Source of the DNA: Hydrolagus colliei | Lineage: Eukaryota | Direction: 5' to 3' | Length of the DNA: 64,000 nt | Assembly: GCA_035084275.1 (NCBI GenBank) | Contig: CM068742.1 | Coordinates: 63,426,001-63,490,000 of the forward strand | Part shown: one piece after another, positions 61,441 to 64,000 of the stretch | Layout: the number at the start of each line of letters is the position of its first letter | Numbering within the stretch: the stretch's first letter is position 1 | Notes under the pieces: model-generated | The model's input: the letters and a program-made list of their open reading frames with translations, nothing else | Told to the model about the DNA's origin: nothing | The model's database searches: none | Position numbers and translations under genes: made by a program

Positions 61441-64000
61441 ACACCATTATTAACATGAATGTTCTGTAACAGGATTAAGTCTGAGGAAATACATATATCT
61501 GAGTCAGCAAAGCTTGACTATTTCATGTGAAAATCATGGTTATTGAGCAACCTCTATGGTTTTGTTCTCTTTATGAAGGAACAATAAAGTTGCACAATGT
61601 TTTAGTGACCTTATTAGAAGAGTGATCTTGTCCTGACACCCGACTGTTCAACGCCTCCAAAAAAATATGTTGTTGTTGTGATTTTACAATAGGAAGAACA
61701 TCATAATCCCATCTGAATACCATGGTAGACAAAGAGAGTCAAGAGACATATTATAGTAGGGAAGCCTGTTCCCGATAGTTCATAGCACAAAAGATAGAAA
61801 ACGAAATGAGAGCGCCAAACCCCTTTTATTTCACTTAGAACCCTCACCAGATATCACAAAAAAAACAAGAGAGTATCATCACATCTTGGGCTCTGAGCAC
61901 TCCAAAACATTGTCCTGCATAAGGTGGAGTGGGGGCAACATAAATGCAAGTTGTTGTTGAACTTTCATCACATCTTTGTTTGGAGATTAATGCTACCACC
62001 GTGACACACTCAGAGACACTATCATTCGTGACATACAATATAGACATGCCATTTGATGTTTCCTCCTGTGGTGTCCCTTCATTCAGAGATTTAGTCTGTA
62101 TGGAAAGTGGACATGGAGGTACAACCAACACTGTTCTCATTCAATTTTTTTTAAATGTGTAATTTTTTGAGAAAGCTTATATATATTTCCTATTTGTATG
62201 TTGATCTCTGAAAAGTCATACATAAGCTGCATATTAGGAGTCCAATTAAAGCTGTCATTCCTTGCTTATGTTGCTAAATTTGAAACAGAATAAAGATGAT
62301 GAACGTATAGATAACTGTTCAGGCAAAGAACAAAGGAGAATTTTGAGCAGGTGTGGATTATGACTAATGTTGTGTGAGACTTCCTGAAGGTGAGGACAGA
62401 ATTAGGGAGTTTACCACTTCAATATATATTCCTACACTGTAAACTCATGTTCTGAGAGTAGCGATATTGCTTTTTTTGTTGTTGTAAAACTGTCTCTAAG
62501 CACCAAAGCACAGCCTGTGAAGCTTCTTGAGCTACTATTTTAGACATCTGGGTGTCTTTTTTAAAAACGGAGATCAGATTTTTCAGTGTATTTAAAAGTG
62601 AGAAGAATTTATTCAAAGAATATGATTCATAATGAAACGTTCTGTATGCCAAGATCTATCTTTCTAAAATTCCATGTAATGCTTTTATTGAGTGTTGCTC
62701 TGGTAGATGTCAGGTGATGAAAAACAGCCTGCCATCTCTTTGATCGATATCAGAACGTAATTATTATAACTGGTGGAACAGTACATAATTTAACCTGCAA
62801 GTTAAATGATGTCCAGAAAAGTTACTATTTCTAACTGGAGGTTACTTATAGTATAATGCCAGATATGGTTGAATGCTTGAAAATATAATTGTCAGAGAAC
62901 TGAAAGAATTTATCTGACTCAGTCATAAAATGAAATTTTTTGAAATAGTTTTTGAAAATTCTAAATCTGTAACCAAATTGTTGTAGAAATGAGCAGTCAA
63001 GACAATTAGTCTTTGGATGGAAGGACTGAAAATTTGGAATTCTGAATGCAAATCAAAAGCCATTCATATTTTATGTGTATTCAAATGGTGAACTTTCTAT
63101 CCTTGATGTATTGCTATCCGTGTTCCTTTGTAGAATAAGTACACATCTATGCAAAGAAGCAACTTGCAAGAGGTTTAAATACAACACTTTTAATTTTCAT
63201 AATGTAACTCCATATTTGACATGTTTGAAAAGCTTGCAGAGAGAACAATCAGTTCTATTTTAATTATTTCACAGTAATAAGTATCTGAAATAGGTGCCCC
63301 AGAGAGAGTTAGGATGTATACCATGCCAGCAAATTCAAGAGATGGCTCATTGTCGGAAGATATTTATTGAGTATGAGAGATATTTTTATTCATTTATTTT
63401 ATTTTGAAACTAGCAGTAATGGTTTCCCTGATCCTGTACATTCATTTGTTCTTATGTAGCCTTCAAATACCTTGATTTTTGCAGACTTATATTTCAGATC
63501 CTTCAAAGTCAGATCATAACACAAAGTCCAAATGAACCCAACCATTATTCTGTGGATGGACTGAAACAACACTCAACTTGAGGCTTAGTGCTTATACAAA
63601 TTGGCTCACTTTCGAATGATCTCATCTCCAAGCTCAAAGATCATAAATTCTCAGCTTTTTCTAGAAAACTTGTGCTTATACTCACTTACATCCTGTGATG
63701 TCCATGCAGAGTTGGTCGGCACCTCATTGCATCATTTGTTATACTATTTCATATCTTCTTGTCAGGGTGAAAACTAAATACTGCAATATGATTACAGTAA
63801 GGTCAGAGCTCAATTTGGCCCAAGACCAACATTCCTCTGACCACAATTCCTGGAGCAGCTCTCTATTGGACTGCTCTAAATAGAATCAATAACTGCAGAA
63901 ATATGGCTCCAGAGAAGCTGACAAGAGAATTAAAAATAATTTGAATGGGTTGGTGGTTTCTATTTGTCTTGAGACAAGCCTAAATCTTTAACCTCAATGA

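Noticed and set aside
61844-62162. 98-aa Cys-containing ORF
   Set aside because: It contains an L2-type tail (acaacaacttgcatttat) and has no recognisable domain or splice context.

Overview
AT-rich vertebrate non-coding DNA made largely of transposable-element debris. I recognised no host protein-coding exon, rRNA gene or true tRNA gene, so this is probably a large intron or gene desert. The repeat set (CR1 LINEs with shark-type 3' tails, L2 LINEs with (TTG)n tails, a ~300-bp tRNA-derived SINE with an (ATT)n tail, DeuSINE/SacSINE-like relics and Penelope-type termini) points to a cartilaginous fish, most likely a holocephalan (inference from recalled repeat consensi, not a search). The most structured part is 1.2-10.2 kb. 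It holds a TTAA-CCC-initiated segment with a higher-order tandem repeat that carries mini-intron signals, followed by two Tx1-clade retroelements arranged head-to-head. Both Tx1 copies keep 5' and 3' ends but have different internal deletions. Elsewhere there are Penelope-derived inserts with decayed hammerhead-ribozyme cores (one with a perfect 14-bp TSD), hAT and Tigger-like MITEs with recognisable TIRs/TSDs, and two isolated near-perfect hairpins. Repeat boundaries are read by eye and approximate unless a TSD or TIR is quoted.
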